From contig CBDCDC010000001.1 of assembly GCA_965215195.1 (NCBI GenBank), positions 576,001 to 640,000 on the forward strand: a DNA stretch of 64,000 nucleotides, read 5' to 3'. How positions within the stretch are numbered: the first letter of the stretch is position 1; every line of letters begins with the position of its first letter. The notes below the pieces were generated by a model, which was given only the letters and a program-made list of their open reading frames with translations, searched no databases and had not been told where the DNA came from. The position numbers and the translations under genes are program-made. Of the stretch, positions 9,290 to 19,482 are shown one piece after another. Source of the DNA: Candidatus Latescibacterota bacterium (lineage in GTDB: Bacteria; Latescibacterota; UBA2968; UBA8231).

Positions 9290-10831
9290 ATGTGGCGACT
9301 GTTGGTGTTGGTGTTGGTCGGCCCGGTGTGGGCCGAGGAGAATTTGGGGGAGGAGGACGCGGGATACTTGGAGCAGCGGTTGGACGACTTGAGAGGGTTA
9401 GACGCGGCGTCCGTGCGGTGGCGGGTGCGCGGGGCCGAGGCGGCTTGGGAGCGGTGGCAGTTGTATCAGCGGGTGGAGGTTTCGCCAGCCAGCGGACAGG
9501 CGTTTTTTGGCTTGGCCGAGCGCGATCCCGGCGAGTCCGGGTGGAGCGATTTTAGGACGTTTTACTACGCAGTGCAGAGCCAGCGATCCGAATGGGTCGT
9601 CGGCGATCTGCGGCCCGGCACGGGCGCGGGCTTGGTGTTTGGACGCAGCCGGCGCGGGAGTATCGCGCCGAGGATGCCGGCCGGAGACAGTCGGCGCTTG
9701 GGCTATCGCTCTAGTGGGGAGAATCATGCCCTGCGCGGCGCGGCGTGGCGCTACGAGGGCCGCGCGTGGGGTGGGATGTTGCTCGGGGGCTGGACGCGCC
9801 GGGACGGGCGTTTGGACGAACAGGGCCGGGTGCGGTCCCTGCCCGAAAGCGGCTATCACGTGACCGCGACCGAGGTGGCCGGCCGCGACCTGCTGGGCCT
9901 CCGCGCTGGCGGCGGTCGGCTGCACTGGCGGGGCGAGCATTGGCAGTGGGGCACGACCTTGCTGGCCTTGGACTTTTCCCATCACATCGACTTGCGTCGG
10001 GACGGGCGGACGCCTTGGGGTTTTGTCGGCAACAAGCAGCGCATGGGGGCCGTGGATGTGCGCGTGGGTTGGGACCGGGGTCGAGCGGCGTTGGAGGTGG
10101 CCGGCGATGGGGTGGAGCACTGGGGGATGGTCGGGGAACTGCGAGTGCGGTATAGAGGTCTGCGGCTGCGGACGCTGGGCCGCTACTACGCGCCGGGGTT
10201 CCACAGCTTCTTTGGCGCGGCCCCGGGGACCTCGGCCATGCAGAACGAACGGGGCGGCGTCGCCGAGGTCAGCGGGCGGGGCTGGCGCGGCTATGTGGAT
10301 GTGTACCGCCGACCTGCGCGCTCCTACTTCATACCCGTGCCGGCCACGTATGCTACTTGGGGAGCCGAGCTAAAGAGGCGGTTGGGACGCGGCTGGGCAA
10401 TGCGCGGGCAGTGGCAGAGACGCCTGCGGCCGCACTGGGCGGACGAGCAGTTGGCCCAAGAGCGCAGCCACAAGTGGCGCGTAGATGTGGAGCGAGGCGC
10501 GTGGCGTTGGCGCAGCGAGGTGGTGCGCTGGCACCGCGCCGCTCGCGCCGAGTGGGGTCTGTTGGGCAGTGTGCGATTCAAGGTGCGCTGGGTCACCTTG
10601 CACGTGAGCCGCTTCCGCACGAATTCGTATGCCTCGCGCATCTACGAGTACGAATACGATCTGCCCGGGGCGGTGAGCATTCGCCCGCTCTACGGCACGG
10701 GCTGGCGCGGCTATGGGATGGTCGCGGTCACTTGGCGGGGATGGGTGCTGAGCGGGCGCTACCGGGTGCAGCGCGACGAGCGGATTAGGCGCTACGGCGG
10801 GGTGCAGGTGGACTGGACGAGGGGCGATTAG
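9290..10831 (+). CDS. Probable outer-membrane beta-barrel protein related to Bacteroidota ComEA/HhH-family barrels
   Basis: Signal peptide, amphipathic Trp/Tyr-rich strands, YEYEYDLPGAVSIRPLYG motif; no HhH segment seen. Confidence 0.55.
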   Translation: MWRLLVLVLVGPVWAEENLGEEDAGYLEQRLDDLRGLDAASVRWRVRGAEAAWERWQLYQRVEVSPASGQAFFGLAERDPGESGWSDFRTFYYAVQSQRSEWVVGDLRPGTGAGLVFGRSRRGSIAPRMPAGDSRRLGYRSSGENHALRGAAWRYEGRAWGGMLLGGWTRRDGRLDEQGRVRSLPESGYHVTATEVAGRDLLGLRAGGGRLHWRGEHWQWGTTLLALDFSHHIDLRRDGRTPWGFVGNKQRMGAVDVRVGWDRGRAALEVAGDGVEHWGMVGELRVRYRGLRLRTLGRYYAPGFHSFFGAAPGTSAMQNERGGVAEVSGRGWRGYVDVYRRPARSYFIPVPATYATWGAELKRRLGRGWAMRGQWQRRLRPHWADEQLAQERSHKWRVDVERGAWRWRSEVVRWHRAARAEWGLLGSVRFKVRWVTLHVSRFRTNSYASRIYEYEYDLPGAVSIRPLYGTGWRGYGMVAVTWRGWVLSGRYRVQRDERIRRYGGVQVDWTRGD

Positions 10832-10914
10832 GCCCCTTGCGTCTGAATGGCGTTAAATTGTTTATTAAAGCATATCTAGAGCAACTCAACCGCCGCTTGG
10901 ATCAACCGAGATAA

Positions 10915-11253
10915 ATGGACTGGCATTCGTCGATCAAACCGTATCCGTCCACACTCCGAGCGGTTCGACTGTATTTTAACATTGTTGTCCGAGCGGCGGT
11001 CTTGGCGCTGATTTGGGGTGTTCTATTAGCTATCGGCACATGTCTCAATTGGCTGATAGACTTAGCACTGGGAGCATTCGATGCCTCTGAAAAGGTTAAA
11101 AATGTCTCGCTGCAGATCTCTCTTGGGTACATTATTGCGTTAGGAGTTGCAGCGACTTTGACTAGCCTAAAGGACGTGTGGGATTTGACACTCGCTAGCC
11201 TACGCAAGTCTTCCGCCGACGAAGCGGACGATCATCAGAAAGAAAAAAAATGA
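10915..11253 (+). CDS. Hypothetical membrane protein
   Basis: Two hydrophobic helices; AT-richer insert; ATGA overlap with the next gene. Confidence 0.6.
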   Translation: MDWHSSIKPYPSTLRAVRLYFNIVVRAAVLALIWGVLLAIGTCLNWLIDLALGAFDASEKVKNVSLQISLGYIIALGVAATLTSLKDVWDLTLASLRKSSADEADDHQKEKK

Positions 11254-11873
11254 AAAAAGCCCTTCTTCCCGTTGGAGATTTCAAGCTGGCAATCGCATAT
11301 ACTACGGGGTGGATGCTCGCGTTTTGGGTGATAGAACATCCCATAGGCGATTGGGCGGTAACGGCGGTCATCTTGTATGGGTCGCTGTGGCTATCGAGAG
11401 AGGTCGTTTCAGCCTTGATACTATTTGTAGAAGAGCACCTGCAAGGGTACGCAAAGCGCATTGGCCAGAAGGCAGGCGTTGAACTTTGCGTGGACTCACC
11501 CCCTGAATACAACCTGCGGGATAAGTTGCTCTTTGTCGCCCTTTTCTTGCTAGCGTGTTTTACTATTATCGGCCTTTCGCTGATCGCCGGGCTCCCTGCA
11601 GTCGGTCTGTATGGACTTACTCCACTGCCTTCCTCTTTTAACTGGATAGCTTGGGGACTCTTTCTCGTTGGGGGGATCGGTGTATCCCTGATATTTGGGA
11701 TTGTGATGTGGCTGTTGTCTTCTGCCGCCGCCGAGCTTGACGTTGCTATTGCCTTCAAACAGGTCCCTGCCGCCGTCAACCGCAAACCGACCGAATTAGA
11801 ATTCCGTCTATTATTTTTGTACTTACTCCTGTTGTATCGCTTTCATCTGCAATTCGGTCGTCGCCAACCGTAA
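11250..11873 (+). CDS. Hypothetical membrane protein
   Basis: About four hydrophobic segments; coupled to the upstream ORF. Confidence 0.6.
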   Translation: MKKALLPVGDFKLAIAYTTGWMLAFWVIEHPIGDWAVTAVILYGSLWLSREVVSALILFVEEHLQGYAKRIGQKAGVELCVDSPPEYNLRDKLLFVALFLLACFTIIGLSLIAGLPAVGLYGLTPLPSSFNWIAWGLFLVGGIGVSLIFGIVMWLLSSAAAELDVAIAFKQVPAAVNRKPTELEFRLLFLYLLLLYRFHLQFGRRQP

Positions 11874-11930
11874 GGTCCGCCCCGCCCTCCCATAGGGCAG
11901 CTACGAGGGGCGATCTTGCAGACTTGTTGC

Positions 11931-14570
11931 ATGAGATACCTTCTATTGCTCCTCGCCGCTTGCTTGGCCGTCGTTGAGGTCGGCGCGGCCCCCCAAACCG
12001 GGCACATCCACGCCCTGACCATCTTCGCGCACTTTGCCGACGAGGGCGGCTTGGGCCGCGAAGCCCCGTCTTTTGCGAAGCGAATTTTCGCCGAGCAGGC
12101 GGGCAGCCTGACCCACTTCTACCGCGAGATGTCGCGCGGGCAGTTCGCGCTCACCGGCGAGGTCCTGCCCCGCTGGTATGCGTCCCGCAGCAATGCCGCC
12201 GCGTACGCGGGCGCCGAGGGCGGTTATGGCCGCTTTGCCCGCGAGGTCATACAGGCCGTTGATGCCGACGTGGATTTTGGCCGCTACGACAACGACGGCC
12301 CCGACCGAGTGCCCAACTCCGGCGACGACGATGGATACGTGGATTTCATTTTTATCGTCTCGGCCTCGGCCCCGACGGGCTTTATAATCGAAGAAGCCAC
12401 GGGCGTCGCCCAGCTCGGGTTGGGCAGCGACTTTGTGAGCCAAGACCGCGCCCAGCGCGGTGGCTTCATCCAGATCCGCTCGAAAAGCGGTGCCGTGCAG
12501 CGCGGGCGGTCTTTTGCCGAAGCTGTGGGCATCATGGCACACGAGTTTGGGCACTTTCTGGGGCTGCCCGACCTGTACGACCGCGAATTTGAGTCCGAGC
12601 CGGACGACGACTCGGGCGGCATTGGCTACTGGGGGTTGATGGGGCACGGCAATCGAGGCTGGGACGAGGTAGATGGCCCCAACCCCTTTTGCGCTTGGAG
12701 CTTGGGGCAGCTCGGTTGGCTGGGGGTAAACAACCAACAACTCAAAGTGCTGAGCGCGGATCGGGACGACGTGGTCTTTGCCGATGTCAACGCCGGCGGC
12801 GACGTGTATTTGCTGCCCGCGTCCGCGCCGGCCGAGCACTTTTTTCTCGTGGAGTTTCGCAGCCGCCAGCACAGCTACTACGAGCGCAATCTGCCCGGCG
12901 AAGGCTTGCTAATCTGGCGCGTAAATCCCAATCGCAACGGCAATAATGCAGAAACCAACAAACAGGTGGATTTAGTCTGCGCCGATGGGCTTTTTGGCGA
13001 TGCGGGCTTCCCCTTGGGCCGCCAGCCATCCCCGTTTAGCGGCCGCGACAACCTCGACTTTTGGGCGCACGACGAGCGCTATCGCACGGATTTTGGCGGC
13101 AATTTAGGCGACGCCACCGACGCGTTTGACGGCGAGCAATTTACCGACTTCTGGGCTGCATCCAATCCGGCTGCTACCCCTGGGGTTAGTGTGACCCGCA
13201 TCCGCCGCGAGGGCGAGCGGATGGTGGCCGACCTCAAGCTGCAAGACCGCCGCCGCGCCGGCCCAATTGCCGACATCGAGGTGTGGGACGACCGCATTGA
13301 GGTGGTCGGCGACGTGACCGTCCTGCCCGCAGGGCACCTCGATGTTCGCGCTGATGCGCAAGTGTTGGTGGGGCCGGACGCGCTGGCTGCGGGCGCGGAT
13401 ACGGCGCGCGTGGAGCTGATGGTGTACGGCGATCTTAGCGTCGGCGTTTCAGGGCGAGGGCAGGCTGTCTTCCGCTCGGCCGCGGCCGAGCCGCAGCCCG
13501 GGGCTTGGCAGGGCATCGTGCTGCACCCAACGGCCTCGGCCTATTTGCGCCGCGCCCGCATCGAAGACGCCCGCTATGGCCTATGGGCCGAAAAGGTCGA
13601 CCACGCCCTGACCTTGGAAGACGTGACAATCCGCCACGTCAGCGCGGACGGCATTCGCTTAGAAAAGGTCGAAGAGGAAATTCTCTTTGACCGCGTGCAG
13701 GTCGAGGAAGCGGGTGGAGTGGGCATTTGGATCGCCGGCTCGGGCTTGACGCGGATAAACCAAGCCGAGTTGCGCGCCAATGGCCGCGCTGGTCTCTGGC
13801 GCGAAGGCGGGTTTTTGTCGTTGCGCGACAGTCGCTTCAATGCCAATGGCTCGGCCGTGCCCGAAGAGGCCAACTTGGTCTTGGGGCGGGGGGCTAGCGG
13901 CGAGGTGGCGGGCAATGCGTTTGCCGGTGGGATCGGGATTTACTGCGTGGAGACGCGAGAAGTCGAAATCGAGGACAACACCCTGCACAACCACGAGGTC
14001 GGCCTTTGGTCAAAAAGCGCACGCCCGCGCATTGTGCGCAATCAATTCTTCCGCAATGCGTTGGCCCTGCGGGTGGAGGGGAGCGCGGTGCCGGCGCGGC
14101 TGGTCTTGAACGGCGTCCAAGGCAGCGAGCAATTGCTCGACAACGAGGCCAACCAACCGCTGCAGGCGATCAACAACTGGTGGGGGGGCGATGACGAGGG
14201 GTGGATCGAGGCCCGGATCAGCGGCGATGTTAGCTGGCGGCCCTTCCTCAACTTCGACCCGCGCCGGCCCTTGGACTTTGCCTTGGGGCAGAATTACCCC
14301 AACCCGTTCAACGAGGCTACGCACATCGACTATCAGATCGGGATCAACGACCCCATCATCGCCGGCCAGACTAGGGTCGAGCTCGAAATCCGCACCTTGA
14401 CCGGCGGCTTGGTGCGGCGCTTGGTCGATGGATTGGCGGCCCCGGGTTTGTACAGCACCTCTTGGGATGGCCGCGACGAGCGGGGCGAGCGCGTGGCCAG
14501 CGGTATGTACTACTATGTGTTGCGCGTCGGGCCGATTGCCCACGCCAAAAAAATGGTCTTTATCAAATGA
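11931..14570 (+). CDS. Secreted M6 (immune inhibitor A-like) metalloprotease with beta-helix and C-terminal FlgD-Ig/secretion-tail domain
   Basis: Signal peptide, HEFGHFLGLPDLY zinc motif, parallel beta-helix repeats, QNYPNPFN...WDGRDERGERVASGMYYY. Confidence 0.88.
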   Translation: MRYLLLLLAACLAVVEVGAAPQTGHIHALTIFAHFADEGGLGREAPSFAKRIFAEQAGSLTHFYREMSRGQFALTGEVLPRWYASRSNAAAYAGAEGGYGRFAREVIQAVDADVDFGRYDNDGPDRVPNSGDDDGYVDFIFIVSASAPTGFIIEEATGVAQLGLGSDFVSQDRAQRGGFIQIRSKSGAVQRGRSFAEAVGIMAHEFGHFLGLPDLYDREFESEPDDDSGGIGYWGLMGHGNRGWDEVDGPNPFCAWSLGQLGWLGVNNQQLKVLSADRDDVVFADVNAGGDVYLLPASAPAEHFFLVEFRSRQHSYYERNLPGEGLLIWRVNPNRNGNNAETNKQVDLVCADGLFGDAGFPLGRQPSPFSGRDNLDFWAHDERYRTDFGGNLGDATDAFDGEQFTDFWAASNPAATPGVSVTRIRREGERMVADLKLQDRRRAGPIADIEVWDDRIEVVGDVTVLPAGHLDVRADAQVLVGPDALAAGADTARVELMVYGDLSVGVSGRGQAVFRSAAAEPQPGAWQGIVLHPTASAYLRRARIEDARYGLWAEKVDHALTLEDVTIRHVSADGIRLEKVEEEILFDRVQVEEAGGVGIWIAGSGLTRINQAELRANGRAGLWREGGFLSLRDSRFNANGSAVPEEANLVLGRGASGEVAGNAFAGGIGIYCVETREVEIEDNTLHNHEVGLWSKSARPRIVRNQFFRNALALRVEGSAVPARLVLNGVQGSEQLLDNEANQPLQAINNWWGGDDEGWIEARISGDVSWRPFLNFDPRRPLDFALGQNYPNPFNEATHIDYQIGINDPIIAGQTRVELEIRTLTGGLVRRLVDGLAAPGLYSTSWDGRDERGERVASGMYYYVLRVGPIAHAKKMVFIK

Positions 14571-16111
14571 AAATCGAGGCGGACTATCTCGTTCTCGGCA
14601 GCGGTATTGCCGGTTTGTTCTTTGCCCTCAAAGCCGCTCAGCGCGGATCCGTGGCCGTGGTGACCAAACGCGAGCGGCGCGAGTCCAATACCCAATACGC
14701 GCAAGGCGGCATTGCCGCGGCCATGGATGCGGCCGATTCAGTAGCCAGCCACGCGCAGGACACGCTCGCGGCGGGCGCTGGCCTGTGCGACTGCGCGATC
14801 GTCGAAGGGGTGGTGGCCGAAGGGCCGGAGGTGGTGGCCGAGCTGCTGGCGATTGGTGCGCAGTTCAACGAATCGCGGTCCGGGGTGTTGGCGTTGGGGC
14901 GCGAGGGGGGCCACGCCCATGCGCGGGTGGTGCATGCGGATGATATGACCGGCCGCGAGGTGACGCGCGCCTTGGTCGCGGCCGTGCAAGCCCTGCCGCA
15001 GGTGACCCTGTACGATCACCACTTGGCCGTGGACTTAATCGTGGACGAGCAACGGCGTTGCCACGGGGCTTGGGTATTGGACTCGCAGCAAGCCGCGCCC
15101 ATCGCCGCCTTGGCACCGGTTACGCTGCTGGCTACGGGCGGCTGCGGGCAGGTCTTTTTGCACACCACCAACCCGTGCGTGGCCTCCGGCGATGGAGTCG
15201 CCATGGCTTGGCGGGCCGGAGCGAGGGTGGGCAACATGGAGTTTATGCAGTTCCACCCGACCATGCTCTACGATCCGGGGCGGCCCTCGTTCCTGATTAC
15301 CGAGGCTTTGCGCGGCTTTGGCGCCGTGCTGATCGACGAGCGCGGCGCGGCCTTCACCGACCCACTGCAGACGCGCGATGTGGTGTCGCGGGCCATTGTC
15401 GCGCAGATGCAGAAAAGCGGTGCCGAGTGCGTCTATTTGGACGTCACCGGCCAAGACGCCCACCAGACCCGCCGCCGCTTTCCCAACATCTATCGGTACT
15501 GTCTGGGGATGGGCGTAGAAATGACCGAGACGCCGATCCCGGTGGTGCCGGCGGCTCACTATAGCTGCGGTGGGGTGTGGACGGGTGTGCATGGCCAGAC
15601 GGATATTGCGGGTCTATACGCGGCTGGCGAGGTGGCGATGAGCGGGTTCCAAGGGGCCAACCGGCTGGCGAGCAATTCGCTGTTGGAAGGCTTGGTCTTT
15701 GCGCGGCGCGCCGTCGAGTACGCTAGGAAAGTCGCGCCCGGGGGCTGGTTCGAGATGGAGCATACGGGCGATTGCGTGGCGTCCGCTGCGCTAAAGGAGC
15801 GGCGGGCGTTGCTGCGGCGCTTGATGTGGGACGACGTGGGGATCGTGCGCAGCGACCGAGGCTTGGCGCAGGCTCAGGAGGCCACCGAGCAGATGGCGCG
15901 AGAAATTGAAGCCTTGTACCGCGAGCACCGGCTCGACGCCGAGCTAGTACAGCTACGCAGCTTGGCGACCGTGGCCGCGCTCATTGCCCGCTCGGCGCGG
16001 CAGCGCTTGGAAAGCCGCGGCGTCCACTACAACCGCGACCATCCCACACGCGACGATGCCGGCTGGCAGCGGCCGACGCTGCTGGTGCGGGACGAGGGAT
16101 CGGGACTTTAG
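14567..16111 (+). CDS. nadB: L-aspartate oxidase
   Basis: GSGIAG, NTQYAQGGIAA, REGGH, QFHPT, LITEALRG, AAHYSCGG, GANRLASNSLLE; ATG at 14567 overlaps the upstream stop. Confidence 0.95.
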   Translation: MKIEADYLVLGSGIAGLFFALKAAQRGSVAVVTKRERRESNTQYAQGGIAAAMDAADSVASHAQDTLAAGAGLCDCAIVEGVVAEGPEVVAELLAIGAQFNESRSGVLALGREGGHAHARVVHADDMTGREVTRALVAAVQALPQVTLYDHHLAVDLIVDEQRRCHGAWVLDSQQAAPIAALAPVTLLATGGCGQVFLHTTNPCVASGDGVAMAWRAGARVGNMEFMQFHPTMLYDPGRPSFLITEALRGFGAVLIDERGAAFTDPLQTRDVVSRAIVAQMQKSGAECVYLDVTGQDAHQTRRRFPNIYRYCLGMGVEMTETPIPVVPAAHYSCGGVWTGVHGQTDIAGLYAAGEVAMSGFQGANRLASNSLLEGLVFARRAVEYARKVAPGGWFEMEHTGDCVASAALKERRALLRRLMWDDVGIVRSDRGLAQAQEATEQMAREIEALYREHRLDAELVQLRSLATVAALIARSARQRLESRGVHYNRDHPTRDDAGWQRPTLLVRDEGSGL

Positions 16112-16257
16112 CCCGAATGGCACTAAGCGACAAGGCGGCGTCAAAAATACACTAGCGCCGCCCCCTCGAGGACCACTCCCACCTGCTTTTAGAGTCGCGT
16201 TTTTCGCAGCGGCCGCTCAGGCGGATGCGTTGGAAAGCCATGCGCTCATTAGCCACC

Positions 16258-17529
16258 TCACCTAGATTTTGCCACGCGATGCCAACACCAGCCGAGCAAG
16301 AGCAGCCCCAACCCACTGAGCCAGATTGTGCGCTCGACGAAAAACGCCAGCCCGAGGCAGGCGACTAAGCCCACTATGGCTATCCACCGAGGGAAGAGCC
16401 GCTGGGCGGCCGGCAAGCGCAGGGCGCAGAAGTTGGTGATGGCGTAATAGACCAGAATGGAGAAGGCGCTAAAGGACCAAGTGGTCTTGACGTTGCCCAC
16501 GAGGACCAGCCCGGCGATGGCTAGTCCGACGACCACCACGGCAATAGAAGGCGTGGTCTGATCCCGATTGAGGCGGGCAAGCGCCCGGGGCATATCCCCG
16601 CGACGGCCCATGGCCAGCAGGACTCGCGACAGACCGAGGATCAGGTTGAGGAGCACCCCGGCCATGGCGGTGATCGCTCCCAAGGCGAGGATTGAGGAGA
16701 CGCCGGGCGCGCCAAAGGTGCGGGCGATGACCCTTAGGGGAGCGGCCTCGTCCATGGTGGCCGCGTAGAACGCCTCCGACCCGGCGGCAGCTAGGGCGAC
16801 AGCACCGACGCCGATGTAGAGCATCATGGCGATGAGCAGGGCGGCGACGATGGCGCGGGGGATCGTCTTGCCGGGTTGGCGCACTTCTTCGCCAAGCGTG
16901 GCAATGCGACCGTAGCCCGTATAGGCGACGAACATCAGGGCACTGGCTTGCAACAGGGCCGACCCGCCTTGCTCTCCCAAGAAAGGCGTCAGGTGCAGGT
17001 TGTGCAGAGCAGTGGGTGTGCCGGCGACGATGAAGGCGATCAGCGAGCAAAGCGTCGCGGCGACGATGGCGACGTTGACCTTATTGGTGCGGTTGATGCC
17101 CAAGAGGGCGACGAGGGTGAGCGCTAGCACGGCTGCTAAGGCGACCGGGGTGATCAATCCGGTCTGCTCTAGCGCGTTGAGCAGGTAGCCGGCCAACCCC
17201 ATCGCCGCGGTGGCCGCGGTCGCGCTCTTGGCACAGAGGAACATCCACCCGGCAGTAAAGCCAATGGCCGGCGAAGCGTACTCATAGCCGTATTGATACG
17301 TGCCACCGCTGAGCGGATGGCTGGCGGCTAGTTGGGCGCTGGACAGGCCGTTGCAGAGGGCGACTAGCGCGGCAATGGCGATGGCGACCAAGACCGACGG
17401 TCCAGCGATGCCAGCGCCGATGCCAATGCTGACAAAGACGCCGGTGCCGACAATCGAACCCAAACCGAGGGCAATGGTGCCGATTAGGCCCAGTTCGGGG
17501 CGCAGGCGGGGTGGATGTGCGGAGGTCAT
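16258..17529 (-). CDS. APC-family amino acid permease
   Basis: GSIVGTGVF, FVAYTGY, EEVRQP; about 12 TM helices. Confidence 0.9.
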   Translation of the reverse strand: MTSAHPPRLRPELGLIGTIALGLGSIVGTGVFVSIGIGAGIAGPSVLVAIAIAALVALCNGLSSAQLAASHPLSGGTYQYGYEYASPAIGFTAGWMFLCAKSATAATAAMGLAGYLLNALEQTGLITPVALAAVLALTLVALLGINRTNKVNVAIVAATLCSLIAFIVAGTPTALHNLHLTPFLGEQGGSALLQASALMFVAYTGYGRIATLGEEVRQPGKTIPRAIVAALLIAMMLYIGVGAVALAAAGSEAFYAATMDEAAPLRVIARTFGAPGVSSILALGAITAMAGVLLNLILGLSRVLLAMGRRGDMPRALARLNRDQTTPSIAVVVVGLAIAGLVLVGNVKTTWSFSAFSILVYYAITNFCALRLPAAQRLFPRWIAIVGLVACLGLAFFVERTIWLSGLGLLLLGWCWHRVAKSR

Positions 17530-17691
17530 GCGACCAAATATAGCTCGGCCGCGTCATTATAGGCAGCGAAAAGACTTCCGCGGCCGCGCTTGACTAGGTG
17601 CCTAAAGCCCCTTTACGTACTACTCATCGCTGAGCGCAGTGCTCATTAGCTGTAATTTACGGCCATCGCCCTTGTTCACTGGAGGTTTCCC

Positions 17692-19482
17692 TTGAGCATC
17701 GTCGTCCTCGACTTCGGCGGACAGTACGCCCACCTAATCGCCAACCGCATTCGCCGCCTCCGCGTCCATGCCGAGATCCGCTCGCCAGAGACTGCGGTTG
17801 CCGATTTGCAGGACGCCGACGGGCTGATTCTGTCGGGTGGCCCGGCCAGCGTCTATGACCCGCAAGCCCCGGCGTACAATCCCTCTATTTTGGCGATGGA
17901 CAAGCCGATGCTGGGCTTGTGCTACGGCCATCAACTGCTCTGCCACCGCTTGGGCGGCCAAGTCGAGCGGGGGGCGACCCACGAATTTGGCGCGGCCTAT
18001 TTGCATGTCCACAAGGCCGAGGGGGTGCTGGCCGGGTTGGACGTGCGCGAGCGAGTGTGGATGAGCCATCGCGACCACGTCGCGGCCCTGCCGCCCGGGT
18101 TTGCCGTCTTGGGCGCGACCGCGGGCTGCCCGGTGGCGGCCATGGGCGACCCCGAGCGCAAGATATACGGCTTGCAGTTCCATCCAGAAGTGACCCACAC
18201 CGTCCGCGGCATGGGAATCCTCGATAACTTCGCCGCGCTCTGCGGCGCGGAGCGCAACTGGACGATGGAGCGCTACACCGAGCAGGCGATAGAGCGAATC
18301 CAAGAGCATGCTAAAGGGCGCAACGTCTTTTTGTTCGTCAGCGGCGGGGTCGATTCGTCGGTGGCGTTTCTCCTGCTCAACCGCGCCTTGGGCGCGGAGC
18401 GGGTGCTGGGCTTGCACATTGACAACGGCTTTATGCGCGCGGGCGAAACCGCGCTGGTCGAGCGGCTGATGAAAGGGGCGGGCCTGCACAATCTGGAGGT
18501 CGTCGATGCCAGCGCGGATTTTCTCGCCGCCACCGAGGGGATTGCCGACCCGGAGGAAAAGCGGCGGCGGATTGGCGAGGAGTTCATCCGCGTCCGCGAC
18601 CGGGCACTGGCGGCACTGGCGCTGGATCCAGACGAGTGGCTGTTGGGCCAAGGGACGCTCTACACGGATACCATCGAGTCCGGCGGCACGGAAAACGCGG
18701 CCGTCATCAAGACCCACCACAACCGCGTCGGCGTCATCGATCAGCTCTTGGCCGAGGGCAAGGTCGTCGAGCCGCTGGACCAGCTCTACAAGGACGAGGC
18801 GCGCACCTTGGGCGAAACGCTCGGCTTGCCGCACCACTTGGTCTGGCGGCATCCGTTCCCCGGGCCGGGGCTGGCGGTGCGGGTTTTGTGCAGCGAAGGG
18901 CCGAGCGCGGAGATAGCACTCGAAACGGTCGTTGAGGCGCAGAAGGTGGCGGCGACATTCGGCCTATCACTCGATGTGCTGCCGTTGCGCAGCGTCGGCG
19001 TACAGGGCGATGCGCGGACCTACGCACATCCAGCGGTGATCTCTGGTCAGAGCGAGTGGAAGACGCTGGAGGCCCTGTCCACTGAATTGACCAATCGCTT
19101 CCCGTCGATCAATCGGGTGATCTACCTGCTGGGGCCCACGCCGCGGCCACAGCAAAACCTCAAGGCCGGGTATTTGACCCGCGACCGGCTCGATCTCCTG
19201 CGCAAGGCCGATGCCATCAGCATGGAGGCGTTGGAGCGCCACGGGCTAATGCGGGAAGTGACCCAGATGCCAACGGTGCTGCTGCCGCTGTCGTCGGATG
19301 GGGTGCAAGAGAGCGTAGTGCTGCGGCCGGTTGCGACCTCCGACTTTATGACCGCACGCTTTTGCCCGTTGCCGCCGGCGTTTTTGGACGATGTGTGCGA
19401 GCGGCTGTTGGCACTAGCCGGGATTGAAGCGGTCTTCTACGACATTACCCACAAGCCGCCGGGCACGGTGGAGTGGGAGTGA
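17692..19482 (+). CDS. guaA: GMP synthase (glutamine-hydrolysing)
   Basis: LDFGGQY, GLCYGHQ, QFHPEV, SGGVDSS, IKTHHN, HPFPGPGL, KPPGTVEWE. Confidence 0.97.
   Translation: MSIVVLDFGGQYAHLIANRIRRLRVHAEIRSPETAVADLQDADGLILSGGPASVYDPQAPAYNPSILAMDKPMLGLCYGHQLLCHRLGGQVERGATHEFGAAYLHVHKAEGVLAGLDVRERVWMSHRDHVAALPPGFAVLGATAGCPVAAMGDPERKIYGLQFHPEVTHTVRGMGILDNFAALCGAERNWTMERYTEQAIERIQEHAKGRNVFLFVSGGVDSSVAFLLLNRALGAERVLGLHIDNGFMRAGETALVERLMKGAGLHNLEVVDASADFLAATEGIADPEEKRRRIGEEFIRVRDRALAALALDPDEWLLGQGTLYTDTIESGGTENAAVIKTHHNRVGVIDQLLAEGKVVEPLDQLYKDEARTLGETLGLPHHLVWRHPFPGPGLAVRVLCSEGPSAEIALETVVEAQKVAATFGLSLDVLPLRSVGVQGDARTYAHPAVISGQSEWKTLEALSTELTNRFPSINRVIYLLGPTPRPQQNLKAGYLTRDRLDLLRKADAISMEALERHGLMREVTQMPTVLLPLSSDGVQESVVLRPVATSDFMTARFCPLPPAFLDDVCERLLALAGIEAVFYDITHKPPGTVEWE

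Noticed and set aside
17590-17691. Purine riboswitch upstream of guaA
   Set aside because: Only a small TGAGCGC/GTGCTCA hairpin; the purine aptamer consensus is not seen
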